60,239 nucleotides of DNA from a virus (taxonomy: Duplodnaviria > Caudoviricetes), in the IMG/VR virus record IMGVR_UViG_3300008255_001543, positions 1 through 60,239 of that record. One strand, 5' to 3'. The position numbers were made by a program, and so were the translations under genes. Below the pieces are notes generated by a model. It made no database searches and was not told the DNA's origin. It saw only the letters and a program-made list of their open reading frames with translations. Position 1 is the first letter of the stretch; each line of letters begins with the position of its first letter. Positions 25,736 through 35,399 of the stretch are shown here, in pieces.

Positions 25736-28219
25736 ATGATGATAAATGAAACAAAGAACACTGCTACGGTACACTCACCCTTTGCCCACGAAGTCCAGAA
25801 TACGCTTGCTCGTCTTCTGACCAATGAGAACATCCAAGTCCATCGTTCAGCCCAGTATACGACGGCCTTTTGCGATATTGAGAACCGTAAGATTGGCCTG
25901 CCGATCGTAATGAACGCCCCTCGGGAAGTATACGACCTGTTCATCGGTCATGAAGCTTCCCATGCGTTGTTCAGTGACATGAAGTCATATAACGAATTCC
26001 TTTCACACCCTATCCTTAAGAATCAGCACTCGCTGTACAACATCCTTGAGGATATCCGTATTGAGAAGTTGATCCTTAGCCGTTACCCCGGATTGATCAA
26101 GGATTTCTTCCTCGGGTACAAACATCTTTACGAATCTAACTTCTTTGGTGTTGAGTCGAGGACCATTGAGTTGGTCAATACCATGCACATCATGGACCGC
26201 CTGAATTTGCTCTCAAAGCTAACCAAAAGGCTGGTAAGCCCCTCCTTCACCGCCGAGGAGCAGAAGCTGGTTGACGAAGCGATGGCGATCATGACTCACG
26301 AGCAGCTGATTACGGTTGCTATCAAATTGATGAAGTATATCACCAAGCCAGAGCCTAAGAAGGAAGAGCCCAAGTTCGAGCCTAGCAAAGAGAAGGCTTC
26401 AAAGGACGAGCCTAGCGACGAAGTTGATGATGGCACTCCGCCCCAGGCCCAGACAGGTTCTGACGAACCCGAGACTGAGGAAGTCGAAAATACCAACACG
26501 ACTAGCGATGAGTCGGATGAGTCTGATGATGAGGAATCCGAAAAGACGGATGATGAAGAATCTGACACCCAATCGTTGGGTCCTATAGAGTCTAGCGAGA
26601 CCGATGAAGCCGATGAGTCGGATGAGACTGGCGAATCGGATGAAGCTGGGGATGATACGGATAAGGACACCGAAAAGACCGATGGCCTTGACGATAACGA
26701 AATGCATGGCGAAGAGGGTAAGAATACCGGTGACGTCACTGACGGATCGGGAAGTGATGATCAAGTTGAAGAGATGCCCCCGGAGGAATTCATCTCCTCA
26801 ACTCAGCAAAACTTTGCGGATAACCTTGCTAAGGGTAATGAGGATTTCGCTAAAAGCGTTTATGCAACCGACTGCGAATTCATCGCTCCGTCCAACGAGC
26901 TGATCAGTCAGCATGTAACCCATTGGAAGCAATTGCTGGCAGCTCGGGACCGCGACACATATTACATGGTGAATATCCTGCCGGCCAAGAAGCACTTGGC
27001 TGATCGTTATGCCAAATTCACCAATGGCAATAAGAAGCTCTCGGCAATGATTGCTAGCGAGTTTGAGCATAAGAAGGCGGCTTTCCAATATTCCCGTTCA
27101 ACCATTGCTCGACAGGGTGTGATCAACGTTAACGCTTTGCATCGGTATAAGACGTCGGATGATATCTTCAAATCGATTGCACAGATGGCGAATGCAAAGA
27201 ATCATGGGATGATATTCCTTGTGGACTTCTCGGGTTCAATGCACAGCACTATCGCTAGTGTTATTGAGAAGACGCTCATCCTCACTGACTTCTGCCGGCT
27301 GGTGAAGATCCCGTTTTCGGTGTATACCTTCACATCTTGTCATGCATCTTCTCGTCCTTGTATCAAGAATGCAACGTCATTCATCGCTGCGGATATGGCC
27401 CCGGAAGATAACGAATTCGATATGAGGCAGGCACATCTCTGTGAGGTTCTTTCTCATGAGATGAGTGCCCGGGAATATGATCGCGCCAAAAGCGATTTGT
27501 ATGTTGGTTTGATCGCCACTCATGCAGATTCGATATCTTCCTTTGAGATTATGGGGTCCACACCTTCAAATGAAGCATTGCTTATTGTGGCCTATATCTT
27601 CCGTAGCTTCATTGCGAAGACGGGCATTGCTGTACCTTCTTTGATCCTGCTTTCGGATGGTGATGGTTGCGCTCTTTCGCTTTCGAAAGCCAACGTCTAT
27701 CAGAATGGCCAGCACATCCCAACGGCGTATGGTAAGCTTGGCACCAAGCGTGTCCAGTTTTCATATCCTACCCATGTTTCACAGGTGAATCTGCGCCATC
27801 AGCACACTCTGCTTAAGTACATCAAGGAAGAATTTGGCGCTAATACGATTTGCTTCTATATTAGCTCGGGCTACCGCTCACTGCAGAATGTTATGCATCG
27901 TCTAAACTCGTTCTATTATTCTGTGAATTCGGGTGCTGCGAAGACACATGTATCACATGCGATCGATATTGCTGCTGTTACATCTACTCTGCGTAAAGAG
28001 AAGATCGCAGCTCTTGAAGACATCGCGGGTTTTGACAAATACATTTTCCTGATCGGTAGCTCATCCGTTGCTGATGACAGCACCTTTGGTGATACTACCC
28101 TCGCCCCGGATGCTGATTTGAATCGAATCGCCTCGGCCTTCCGATCCTTCGGTAAGGATATCAAGTATCGGAAGCTTTTCTGCCAGGAATTTGTAGATAC
28201 GGTCTGCAGCCAGTTTTGA
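25736..28219 (+). CDS. Metallopeptidase-vWA protein (CobT-like partner of the MoxR ATPase)
   Basis: HEASH, NILEDIRIE, acidic linker, MIDAS DFSGSM, LSDG. Confidence 0.85.
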   Translation: MMINETKNTATVHSPFAHEVQNTLARLLTNENIQVHRSAQYTTAFCDIENRKIGLPIVMNAPREVYDLFIGHEASHALFSDMKSYNEFLSHPILKNQHSLYNILEDIRIEKLILSRYPGLIKDFFLGYKHLYESNFFGVESRTIELVNTMHIMDRLNLLSKLTKRLVSPSFTAEEQKLVDEAMAIMTHEQLITVAIKLMKYITKPEPKKEEPKFEPSKEKASKDEPSDEVDDGTPPQAQTGSDEPETEEVENTNTTSDESDESDDEESEKTDDEESDTQSLGPIESSETDEADESDETGESDEAGDDTDKDTEKTDGLDDNEMHGEEGKNTGDVTDGSGSDDQVEEMPPEEFISSTQQNFADNLAKGNEDFAKSVYATDCEFIAPSNELISQHVTHWKQLLAARDRDTYYMVNILPAKKHLADRYAKFTNGNKKLSAMIASEFEHKKAAFQYSRSTIARQGVINVNALHRYKTSDDIFKSIAQMANAKNHGMIFLVDFSGSMHSTIASVIEKTLILTDFCRLVKIPFSVYTFTSCHASSRPCIKNATSFIAADMAPEDNEFDMRQAHLCEVLSHEMSAREYDRAKSDLYVGLIATHADSISSFEIMGSTPSNEALLIVAYIFRSFIAKTGIAVPSLILLSDGDGCALSLSKANVYQNGQHIPTAYGKLGTKRVQFSYPTHVSQVNLRHQHTLLKYIKEEFGANTICFYISSGYRSLQNVMHRLNSFYYSVNSGAAKTHVSHAIDIAAVTSTLRKEKIAALEDIAGFDKYIFLIGSSSVADDSTFGDTTLAPDADLNRIASAFRSFGKDIKYRKLFCQEFVDTVCSQF

Positions 28220-28255
28220 TTATGCTAGATCTGCATCCTATAGACTGTAGTTTCA

Positions 28256-28349
28256 GGCTCCTGAGTCACCCTAGAGAGAGCTTTGGTCCAGTCACTGGTA
28301 TATCTACCCTCGTACGAGCCCAAATGCATTCGAGAGTGACTCAGGAGCC
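28256..28349. repeat. Palindromic intergenic repeat copy A (CTCCTGAGTCAC...GTGACTCAGGAG)
   Basis: terminal inverted repeats around a ~60-nt spacer; extra half-site at 28483-28500. Confidence 0.85.
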
Positions 28350-28602
28350 GTCTTTTGGGCCTAAACCTTCCTATACGTATTACGTAGAGGGGTTTCCTAC
28401 CACGTACAGGCCATCTCTACTCTCTACAACCCTCTCAGGAGCTAGCCATATATTCCCCTTCGTTCGGGCTTCAAACGGTCCTGAGAGTGACTCAGGAGCC
28501 GATTTGGCTGGTCCAGAGCCTATTGGGAGTAAACTATTTTCAGAGCTAAACTGGCTTTCTAGGGCCCTTTACACATCTGACCGAAAATAAATGAAAATAA
28601 TG

Positions 28603-28632
28603 GTGTACAAACTACTGTAGCTATGATATATT
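28603..28632 (+). promoter_or_regulatory. Early promoter GTGTACA-N17-TATATT
   Basis: motif match with AAAATAAATGAAAATAA UP element. Confidence 0.75.
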
Positions 28633-28638
28633 GATTCT

Positions 28639-29895
28639 ATGATAAAGAAAACAAAAACACTGACGGACTGCGTTGCAGCGGACACATTACTCTCGTTTTG
28701 TGCAATCCTTACGGACCGCAAGCAGTATCCGATCGCGGCAAGGGCGCAAATCCTGGCTGCGGCTGGCAAGGTTGGCATCGATGAGCGCATCATCTACAAG
28801 TATGTGACGCTCCCGAAGTATAAGGCGGCAACCCACCGCCGTGGCTTCTACGATGTGTCTGCAGTGTTCACGATGGTGGATCATGGAGATGATTCAGTTT
28901 CGATCACCCTTGCGACACCGTCCACCCCAGAGCCGGTGCTGCCCAAGCGGCCGACGTTCAAGGCCAAGCAGCTGGACATGTCCCAGATGCATCACAACGC
29001 GACGGAGGAGACCACCTACATCCCCGAGACTGACCCGCATTACGTCAAGTGGGGCCATCACACCCCGATTGAGAAGATCCTCAAGTCGGGAATGTTTTTC
29101 CCGGTGTATGTGGCTGGTCCGTCCGGCAATGGTAAGACCATCATGGTCGAACAGATCTGCGCCAAGCTTGGCCGCAAGTTCATCCGCGTCAACCTCTCGC
29201 CGGAAACGGATGAAGACGACCTGATCGGTGGCTTCCGTCTGCAGGACGGGAACACAGTATTTTCCAAGGGCCCGGTAGTTCGGGCTATGGAAGAGGGTGC
29301 CGTCCTCCTGCTCGACGAGATTGACCGTGCCACGAACAAGATCATGTGTCTGCAGTCAGTCCTCGAAGGCAAAAACGTTTTGCTGAAGAAGATCTGCGAG
29401 ACGGTCTACCCAGCTCCAGGCTTCACGATCGTGGCTACGGCCAATACGACCGGCCGTGGCGATGATGGCGGCCGCTACACTGCAGCCAGCCTGATGGATG
29501 AGGCGTTCCTGGAACGCTTTCCGATTATCGTCAAGCAGCCGTTCCCATCCCGTGCAATCGAGATGAAGATTGTGCTGCAGTCAATGGAGCGCTATGATGT
29601 GGTCGATGCTGACTTCGCCAATAAGTTGGTGGACTGGGCCAAGATCATCCGCCAGACGTATGATGCGGGTGGTATTGATGATCTCATCTCGACCCGCCGG
29701 TTGGACCATGCTGTGAAGACGTACAGCATTCTGCAGGATCGTACTGCAGCGATCGCCCTGATCACCAATCGGTTCTCGGAAGAGACTGCCCAGGCGTTCG
29801 GCGAGCTCTATGCGAAAATTGATGCTGGTGAGAAGCTCTTCACCGACGAACAACTTGCGGAAGATCCTCTGGACCTCACCATCGAGAACGAGTAA
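28639..29895 (+). CDS. MoxR/CobS-like AAA+ ATPase
   Basis: GPSGNGKT, TDEDDLIGG, LLLDEID, TANT, AFLERF, ISTRRL. Confidence 0.9.
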   Translation: MIKKTKTLTDCVAADTLLSFCAILTDRKQYPIAARAQILAAAGKVGIDERIIYKYVTLPKYKAATHRRGFYDVSAVFTMVDHGDDSVSITLATPSTPEPVLPKRPTFKAKQLDMSQMHHNATEETTYIPETDPHYVKWGHHTPIEKILKSGMFFPVYVAGPSGNGKTIMVEQICAKLGRKFIRVNLSPETDEDDLIGGFRLQDGNTVFSKGPVVRAMEEGAVLLLDEIDRATNKIMCLQSVLEGKNVLLKKICETVYPAPGFTIVATANTTGRGDDGGRYTAASLMDEAFLERFPIIVKQPFPSRAIEMKIVLQSMERYDVVDADFANKLVDWAKIIRQTYDAGGIDDLISTRRLDHAVKTYSILQDRTAAIALITNRFSEETAQAFGELYAKIDAGEKLFTDEQLAEDPLDLTIENE

Positions 29896-29929
29896 GCCAT
29901 TCAATCACAACAACACAAGGAGAGAAAAC

Positions 29930-30154
29930 ATGTCTATGAAAGACAAAAATGGTAAGCGGCTATTTAACGCGCCCAACAACGAGGAAGGCCGGATGTTTTG
30001 CAAGCTGCTGACTAAGTTCCGCAACCCGCAGAGAGTAAAGCGTTTCCGCTGGCGTGGCCGCGGACCCAATCGTCCCATCCGAACATTCGCAGGGGATCTG
30101 GCTATTGGCAATGCCGAATGGTTCGCGGTCTATGCAGATAAGGTGCGCGTATGA
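29930..30154 (+). CDS. Hypothetical basic protein
   Basis: AGGAG RBS before MSMKDK. Confidence 0.65.
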   Translation: MSMKDKNGKRLFNAPNNEEGRMFCKLLTKFRNPQRVKRFRWRGRGPNRPIRTFAGDLAIGNAEWFAVYADKVRV

Positions 30155-30381
30155 TAGCTCAGCTTATGCATTACTGGATCCTGGCTCTTTGCGCAGTCAT
30201 TTCGTTGGGTTCGGCCATCTGGCTCACATCTCTTGCGATGGTTGCGACACAGAATGCCTTTATGGGGCTTAAGCAGAACCCGAGAACGTTGGTCAATCTG
30301 AATGGGAACTATATCGCTATGACAATCGCTTGGATGATCTTCGCAACGTTGAAGTTCATCCTCAACCTCGCAATAAATTAA
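30151..30381 (+). CDS. Hypothetical membrane protein
   Basis: two hydrophobic segments; overlaps previous stop. Confidence 0.6.
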   Translation: MIAQLMHYWILALCAVISLGSAIWLTSLAMVATQNAFMGLKQNPRTLVNLNGNYIAMTIAWMIFATLKFILNLAIN

Positions 30382-30383
30382 TG

Positions 30384-30413
30384 GTGTACATTTACCGTAC
30401 TGTATGGTATAAT
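30384..30413 (+). promoter_or_regulatory. Early promoter GTGTACA-N17-TATAAT
   Basis: motif match. Confidence 0.8.
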
Positions 30414-30451
30414 GGATCCATTCTTTCAAATAGAAAGAGCAAAACACAGAA

Positions 30452-31156
30452 ATGAGAACAATGAAATTATCAACTGAAACGTTGAAGGTGCTGCAGAATT
30501 TCGCGACGATCAATCCGAATATTGTAGTGGAGGAGAAGACCAAGTTGCTGAAGACCGTGTCTGAAGCGAAGAACATCATGGCGATTGCAGAGATCAGCGA
30601 AGATATCTCAGCCTCGTTCGGTATCTACGATCTGAACGAATTCCTGTCTGCCACCCGTCTGATCGATAAGCCGACGTTTACGTTTGGCGATCAGATGATC
30701 GAGGTCAAGTCAGAATCGGGTACAGAAGGCCTTGACTACTTCTGCTCAAATCCCGAGATCCTCACTCACCCCAAGAAGGACATCAAGGATCCCACGTATG
30801 AGGTATGTGTGGTACTCAGTGATGCGCAGATCACCCAGATTAAGAAAGCTGCTTCAGTCCTCGGGTGCGAAACCGTATCCTTGACTCATGAAGCTGGTGA
30901 CAGCAAGATCTGGGCGGTAGTATCTGATCCGACTAATAAGTCGTCAAATGCTTATCGGCTTGAGATTGCCGACGGGCCAGACTATGTGGACATCCCCGTC
31001 TTTTCGTTTGATTACATGATCAGCAATCTTAAGATTGTGTCAGGTGATTACACAGTATCGCTCAGCTCGCGGCGGATCAGCAAATGGGCGTTGATCAATG
31101 CGGGATCAATTACGTACTGGATTGCTCTTGAAAACTCGAGCAGCTATGACGCATAA
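30452..31156 (+). CDS. 45: Sliding clamp (gp45)
   Basis: MKLSxETLxVLxNFATIN, FGIYDLNEFL, YWIALE. Confidence 0.95.
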   Translation: MRTMKLSTETLKVLQNFATINPNIVVEEKTKLLKTVSEAKNIMAIAEISEDISASFGIYDLNEFLSATRLIDKPTFTFGDQMIEVKSESGTEGLDYFCSNPEILTHPKKDIKDPTYEVCVVLSDAQITQIKKAASVLGCETVSLTHEAGDSKIWAVVSDPTNKSSNAYRLEIADGPDYVDIPVFSFDYMISNLKIVSGDYTVSLSSRRISKWALINAGSITYWIALENSSSYDA

Positions 31157-31181
31157 CAACAACAAAGAAGGAAAACAGAAC

Positions 31182-31556
31182 ATGTCCAATACACCAAAGG
31201 TTGATGCTAATCAGCCAGCTCTTCGGGCTATCCCCGAGGATCTAATCATCAACGCACTGAAGTGCATCGATGCAGCTTGTAAGCGTGGAGCTTTCCACGG
31301 CGGCGAGATGAGCACGGTTGGTCACGTACGTGATAACCTCTATGCTTCGGTGGCTGACGTCATTGATGCAATGATGGCTGAACAGCAGGCTCAGGCCGAT
31401 GCGCCTGAAGTAGAGCTGGGTCCCGATGACAACCACGCTGTCGCCGAGCCCGGTGAGCCCGGAGTACCTGGCGATGCTATGCCGGATGGTGCTGTAGGTC
31501 CCGATGGTATCGAGCCAGCCGTGGATAACGTCATCCAGTTTCCCGGTAAGCAGTAA
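31182..31556 (+). CDS. Hypothetical protein
   Basis: IDAACKRGAFxGxEM motif; acidic tail. Confidence 0.7.
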   Translation: MSNTPKVDANQPALRAIPEDLIINALKCIDAACKRGAFHGGEMSTVGHVRDNLYASVADVIDAMMAEQQAQADAPEVELGPDDNHAVAEPGEPGVPGDAMPDGAVGPDGIEPAVDNVIQFPGKQ

Positions 31557-31580
31557 GCACGAAAGCATAGGCAAAAGCAT

Positions 31581-32525
31581 ATGAACAATACATTATGGAG
31601 CGAGTTTTATCGCCCGAAAAACATCAGTGATTGTGTCCTCCCAGTTGATATTAAGTCAACGTTTGAGAAGATGGTATCACAGGGCAGTATTCCTAATATG
31701 CTTTTGACGGGCAGCCACGGTCGAGGAAAGACTACGGCTGCCCGGGCCTTGTGCGATCAGTTAGACCTTGACTATATTCTGATCAATGGGTCAGAAGACA
31801 GCGGGATCGACGTTCTTCGTACGAAGCTTCGGCAATTTGCATCTACCTGTTCAATGTCAGGTGATGGGAAGCCTAAGGTGGTTATCCTTGACGAGGCTGA
31901 CAATTTGAATGCAGTCTCAACACAACCAGCTCTTCGGGGATTCATTGATGAATTCTCAAAGAATTGCCGGTTCATTTTTACCTGTAACTATCCTAATAAG
32001 ATTATTGCACCCATTCGTGATTCTCGTCTGACAAAGATTGATTTTAAGATCAATAAGAAAGACATCCCGGCTCTGGCTATGACGTTCCATAAACGCATGT
32101 GCAAGATCCTAGATGAGAATAACATCAAATACGACATTAAGCTGGTGGCCGAAGTCGTAATGATGTATGCGCCAGATTGGCGACGGGTTATTAGCGAGTG
32201 TCAGATGCATTCGCTTGGAGGTACCCTTGCACCTACCGCTTTGAATTCGATGTCTGATCAGAGTTTCAGTACGCTGATCGGGTATTTGAAAGATAAGAAC
32301 TTCAAGGAGATGCGGAAGTGGGCAGGTCTAAATTCTGATTTAGACTCGGCCATTATCTTTCGAAAGATTTATGATTCGTTATCAGTGTCGGCAGAACCCA
32401 GCACTATACCGATCGCTATTTTGATCATTGCTGAGTATCAGCATAAGGCTGCATTTGTAGCCGACCACGAGATCAATATCGTAGCATGTCTCACCGAGAT
32501 CATGCGCGACGTTAAGTGGAACTAA
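31581..32525 (+). CDS. 44: Clamp loader large subunit (gp44)
   Basis: W.E.YRP, GRGKTT, ILDEAD, NCRFIFTCN. Confidence 0.95.
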   Translation: MNNTLWSEFYRPKNISDCVLPVDIKSTFEKMVSQGSIPNMLLTGSHGRGKTTAARALCDQLDLDYILINGSEDSGIDVLRTKLRQFASTCSMSGDGKPKVVILDEADNLNAVSTQPALRGFIDEFSKNCRFIFTCNYPNKIIAPIRDSRLTKIDFKINKKDIPALAMTFHKRMCKILDENNIKYDIKLVAEVVMMYAPDWRRVISECQMHSLGGTLAPTALNSMSDQSFSTLIGYLKDKNFKEMRKWAGLNSDLDSAIIFRKIYDSLSVSAEPSTIPIAILIIAEYQHKAAFVADHEINIVACLTEIMRDVKWN

Positions 32526-32550
32526 CAACGAGAAGAAGAGAGAAAAGACC

Positions 32551-32700
32551 ATGAGTACTATTGTAGCCAAATCCCTCCGCCAGCTGCGGAAGAACCCCAC
32601 CGCCAAAGTGCCTGAGCACGCGTGCTCAAACTGCAAGTGCAAGCGGTATTCGCCGTGCACTTGCGCGATCAAGTCCGGCTTTGTGCCGCGGAATAAGTAA
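32551..32700 (+). CDS. 49-aa Cys-rich basic protein (below the ORF-track cutoff)
   Basis: MSTIVAKSLRQLRKNPTAKVPEHACSNCKCKRYSPCTCAIKSGFVPRNK*, stop abuts gene 62 start. Confidence 0.6.
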   Translation: MSTIVAKSLRQLRKNPTAKVPEHACSNCKCKRYSPCTCAIKSGFVPRNK

Positions 32701-33098
32701 TGGCTAAGCTCTCTCCATTTGATTTTGTAGAGAGTATCGTTACTCGGGACAAACCAGACCTTATGGCTCTTGATCCCGAGAACGAGAAAGCCTATCTGCC
32801 GTTTATTATTAATCGGCAGTTTTCATATTTTGCAGACATTGTCCTTACAGCTAACTCAATGAATGAGTTGGGTAAGATTGATAAGCGTCTTCAGTATGAT
32901 TTCTATCGTTCTATGGTCCGCCCCGGCAAGCGGTTTGCTAAGTGGCTTAAGCCCGAAGCGAATGATGACGTTAACATGTTGGTTGAATACTACAGCATCA
33001 ACCGGCAAAAGGCAGAGGCTGCTCTTAAAATTCTAACACCCGCAGCGTTGAAAGAGATTCGAGCGAAGCTTTCTCGGGGAGGAATCGCGAAAAGATAA
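32700..33098 (+). CDS. 62: Clamp loader small subunit (gp62)
   Basis: PFDF..SI, YLPFIINR..S, QYDF, KRFAKW; synteny 44-62-regA. Confidence 0.92.
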   Translation: MAKLSPFDFVESIVTRDKPDLMALDPENEKAYLPFIINRQFSYFADIVLTANSMNELGKIDKRLQYDFYRSMVRPGKRFAKWLKPEANDDVNMLVEYYSINRQKAEAALKILTPAALKEIRAKLSRGGIAKR

Positions 33099-33142
33099 AT
33101 AACTCAGTTAGCATTGGGCTAGCATTATAGTGAGTTATTGCC

Positions 33143-33571
33143 ATGAGCGAATACGTAGATCAGTCAATCATATCTTGGTCCCCTTCAGATATGATTGAAG
33201 TTATCCTTGCAGAACCCGATGATTTTCTTAGGATTAAGGAAACCCTTACTCGCATCGGCGTCTCTTCCCACCGCGAAGAGAACACACTCTTTCAGAGTTG
33301 TCACATCCTCCACAAACAAGGACGATACTTTATCGTCCACTTCAAAGAGTTATTTTTACTTGATGGCAAATACAGCACCTTTACAACCAACGACAAAGAA
33401 CGGCGGAACACTATCGCAATGCTTCTTTCGGATTGGGGCTTGCTTGAATTATCTGACCGCAGTAAGATTGCGTCGGCCGCGTCGCTCAAACAAATTAAGA
33501 TCATTCCATTTAGAGACAAATGCAAATGGGTTCTTAAAGCTAAGTACACGATTGGCGCTCCTCCTCGTTAA
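33143..33571 (+). CDS. regA: Translational repressor RegA
   Basis: PDDFLRIKETLTRIG, QSCHILHKQGRYFIVHFKELF. Confidence 0.96.
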   Translation: MSEYVDQSIISWSPSDMIEVILAEPDDFLRIKETLTRIGVSSHREENTLFQSCHILHKQGRYFIVHFKELFLLDGKYSTFTTNDKERRNTIAMLLSDWGLLELSDRSKIASAASLKQIKIIPFRDKCKWVLKAKYTIGAPPR

Positions 33572-33582
33572 AACATTTTGTT

Positions 33583-33612
33583 GTGTACAAATGTCTTCGA
33601 CTGTGTTATAGT
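33583..33612 (+). promoter_or_regulatory. Early promoter GTGTACA-N17-TATAGT
   Basis: motif match upstream of gene 43. Confidence 0.75.
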
Positions 33613-33618
33613 AGATCT

Positions 33619-35109
33619 ATGAACAGTGAATTTTATACATCAATAGCGCGACAGGGAAACAGCCTGCTTTATTGCGGCTACGATAGAGATGGCGAGAAGC
33701 TCCAAAAGCGAATCAAATTTAAGCCCAAGGTATTCCTCCCAACAAAGGACGGCGCAAGCGCTGGACCGTGGAAGTCAATATTTGGCACAAACCTTCGAGA
33801 AGTCGAGCTCGAGTCTATGACCGAATTTCGAGACTTCCTTGACAAATATAAGCACGTACCCAATTTCGAAATATATGGTACCGACCGGCATATCACAGCG
33901 TTCACTCAGGAAAAGTTCCCGAACAAAGTTGATGTTGACCGCCGCTTTATCAATATAGCCAACATCGATATTGAGACAGCTATTGGTGATGGTTTCCCAG
34001 ATCCCGGCATTGCGGATCAAGAGATTCGTTCTATCACAATGAAGCTTTCCCGTGATGACGTGTATTACGTCTTTGCGTATAAAGCTGACTACACACCCCA
34101 CCGTTCCGATGTAACGTTCATCCAATGCAAAAACGAAACGGATATGCTAAATCGGTTTTTGGATCTGTGGCAAATGCCATTCTATCGGCCGGACGTTATC
34201 ACAGGGTGGAACACACTCTTTTTCGACGTACCGTATATTGTGAATCGTATTGAGAAAGTTTTGGGTGAGGGATCCGCTAAGCTTCTATCACCCTGGAAGC
34301 TTGTTCATGCCCGAGAAGTTAAAGTGTTTGATCAGCCTCGGCAGACATACATTATCGAAGGCATCCAACAGTTAGACTATGTGGATCTCTTTAAGAAGTT
34401 TGCTTACACCTATGGCAATCAGGAATCATACACGTTAAATCATATCGCCCATGTTGTTTTGGACGAAACCAAGCTTGATTATTCGGATGTTGGTAACCTC
34501 AATGATCTCTATGATAAGCACTTCCAGAAATTCATTGAGTATAATATCAAGGACGTCGAACTCGTCGACCGTTTGGACACCAAGCTAGGCTTCATTGACA
34601 TTTGCTTTACGCTAGCTTATATGGCCGGCACAAATTATTCGGATGCTCTGGCTACCACACCGATCTGGGATGGTATCATCTATCGTCGCTTATGCGAGAA
34701 CAATATCCTGCCGCAACTCACGTTGGGAAGCAAAGTTACTGGATCGTATGCAGGAGGATATTGCAAACCGCCGCAGATAGGTATGCATGACTGGGTGATG
34801 AGCTTCGACTTCAATTCGCTGTATCCATCACTCATCATTCAGTGTAACATGTCAACCGAGACTCTATTGCCCAAGCATGATCTGAATGTTTCGGTTCAGG
34901 CAATGATTGATGGAACGTACAAAGTTACTAAACCAAATGTTGCAGTGGCTGCTAATGGCGCCCAGTTCAGGACAGATAAGGTTGGGATGATCCCAATGAT
35001 TGTCTCGGAGATGTATGCCAAGCGTAAAGAGCTCAAAGGTAGCATGAATAAGGCCAAGCGTGAGCGGGAAGATATCCTGAACGAACTGAGCTTGCTGGAA
35101 GCCGTATAA
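33619..35109 (+). CDS. 43: Family B DNA polymerase, N-terminal subunit (gp43A: exonuclease, motif A, first fingers helix)
   Basis: DIET, GWN..FDVPY, YNIKDV, SFDFNSLYPS; stops in the fingers domain; no intein. Confidence 0.92.
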   Translation: MNSEFYTSIARQGNSLLYCGYDRDGEKLQKRIKFKPKVFLPTKDGASAGPWKSIFGTNLREVELESMTEFRDFLDKYKHVPNFEIYGTDRHITAFTQEKFPNKVDVDRRFINIANIDIETAIGDGFPDPGIADQEIRSITMKLSRDDVYYVFAYKADYTPHRSDVTFIQCKNETDMLNRFLDLWQMPFYRPDVITGWNTLFFDVPYIVNRIEKVLGEGSAKLLSPWKLVHAREVKVFDQPRQTYIIEGIQQLDYVDLFKKFAYTYGNQESYTLNHIAHVVLDETKLDYSDVGNLNDLYDKHFQKFIEYNIKDVELVDRLDTKLGFIDICFTLAYMAGTNYSDALATTPIWDGIIYRRLCENNILPQLTLGSKVTGSYAGGYCKPPQIGMHDWVMSFDFNSLYPSLIIQCNMSTETLLPKHDLNVSVQAMIDGTYKVTKPNVAVAANGAQFRTDKVGMIPMIVSEMYAKRKELKGSMNKAKREREDILNELSLLEAV

Positions 35110-35143
35110 TGGTATTGGCGGTCGCCGTTTATACTCTAATCAT

Positions 35144-35362
35144 TTGACAGATGAAACATTATATTTACGAGATGGTGAAGCTATTCCAATGGGATTTGTC
35201 CAAGGCATAACTCCTTCCGTTAAACAGCGTCAACTATTGCAGCTTTGTAAACCGCGCTCTCTAAAGCATGTGAAGTGCCCTCATTGTGGTGTTGAAGGCA
35301 GTGGTGGTAATATGACTAGGTATCATTTTTCAAACTGCAAAAATACCAGTGTACATGCTTAA
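35144..35362 (+). pseudogene. Homing endonuclease C-terminal (DNA-binding) remnant in the gp43 split
   Basis: IPMGFVQG and VKCPHCGVEG...MTRYHFSNCK zinc motif; no nuclease domain. Confidence 0.7.
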
Positions 35363-35378
35363 TGAATTGTGGTATAAT
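35349..35378 (+). promoter_or_regulatory. Early promoter for gp43B
   Basis: GTGTACA-N17-TATAAT. Confidence 0.8.
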
Positions 35379-35399
35379 GGTTCTCTAATGAAAGGTAGT

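Noticed and set aside
28216-28590. 124-aa ORF between the vWA and CobS genes
   Set aside because: Coincides with the palindromic repeat/promoter cassette, which is non-coding in the other copies.
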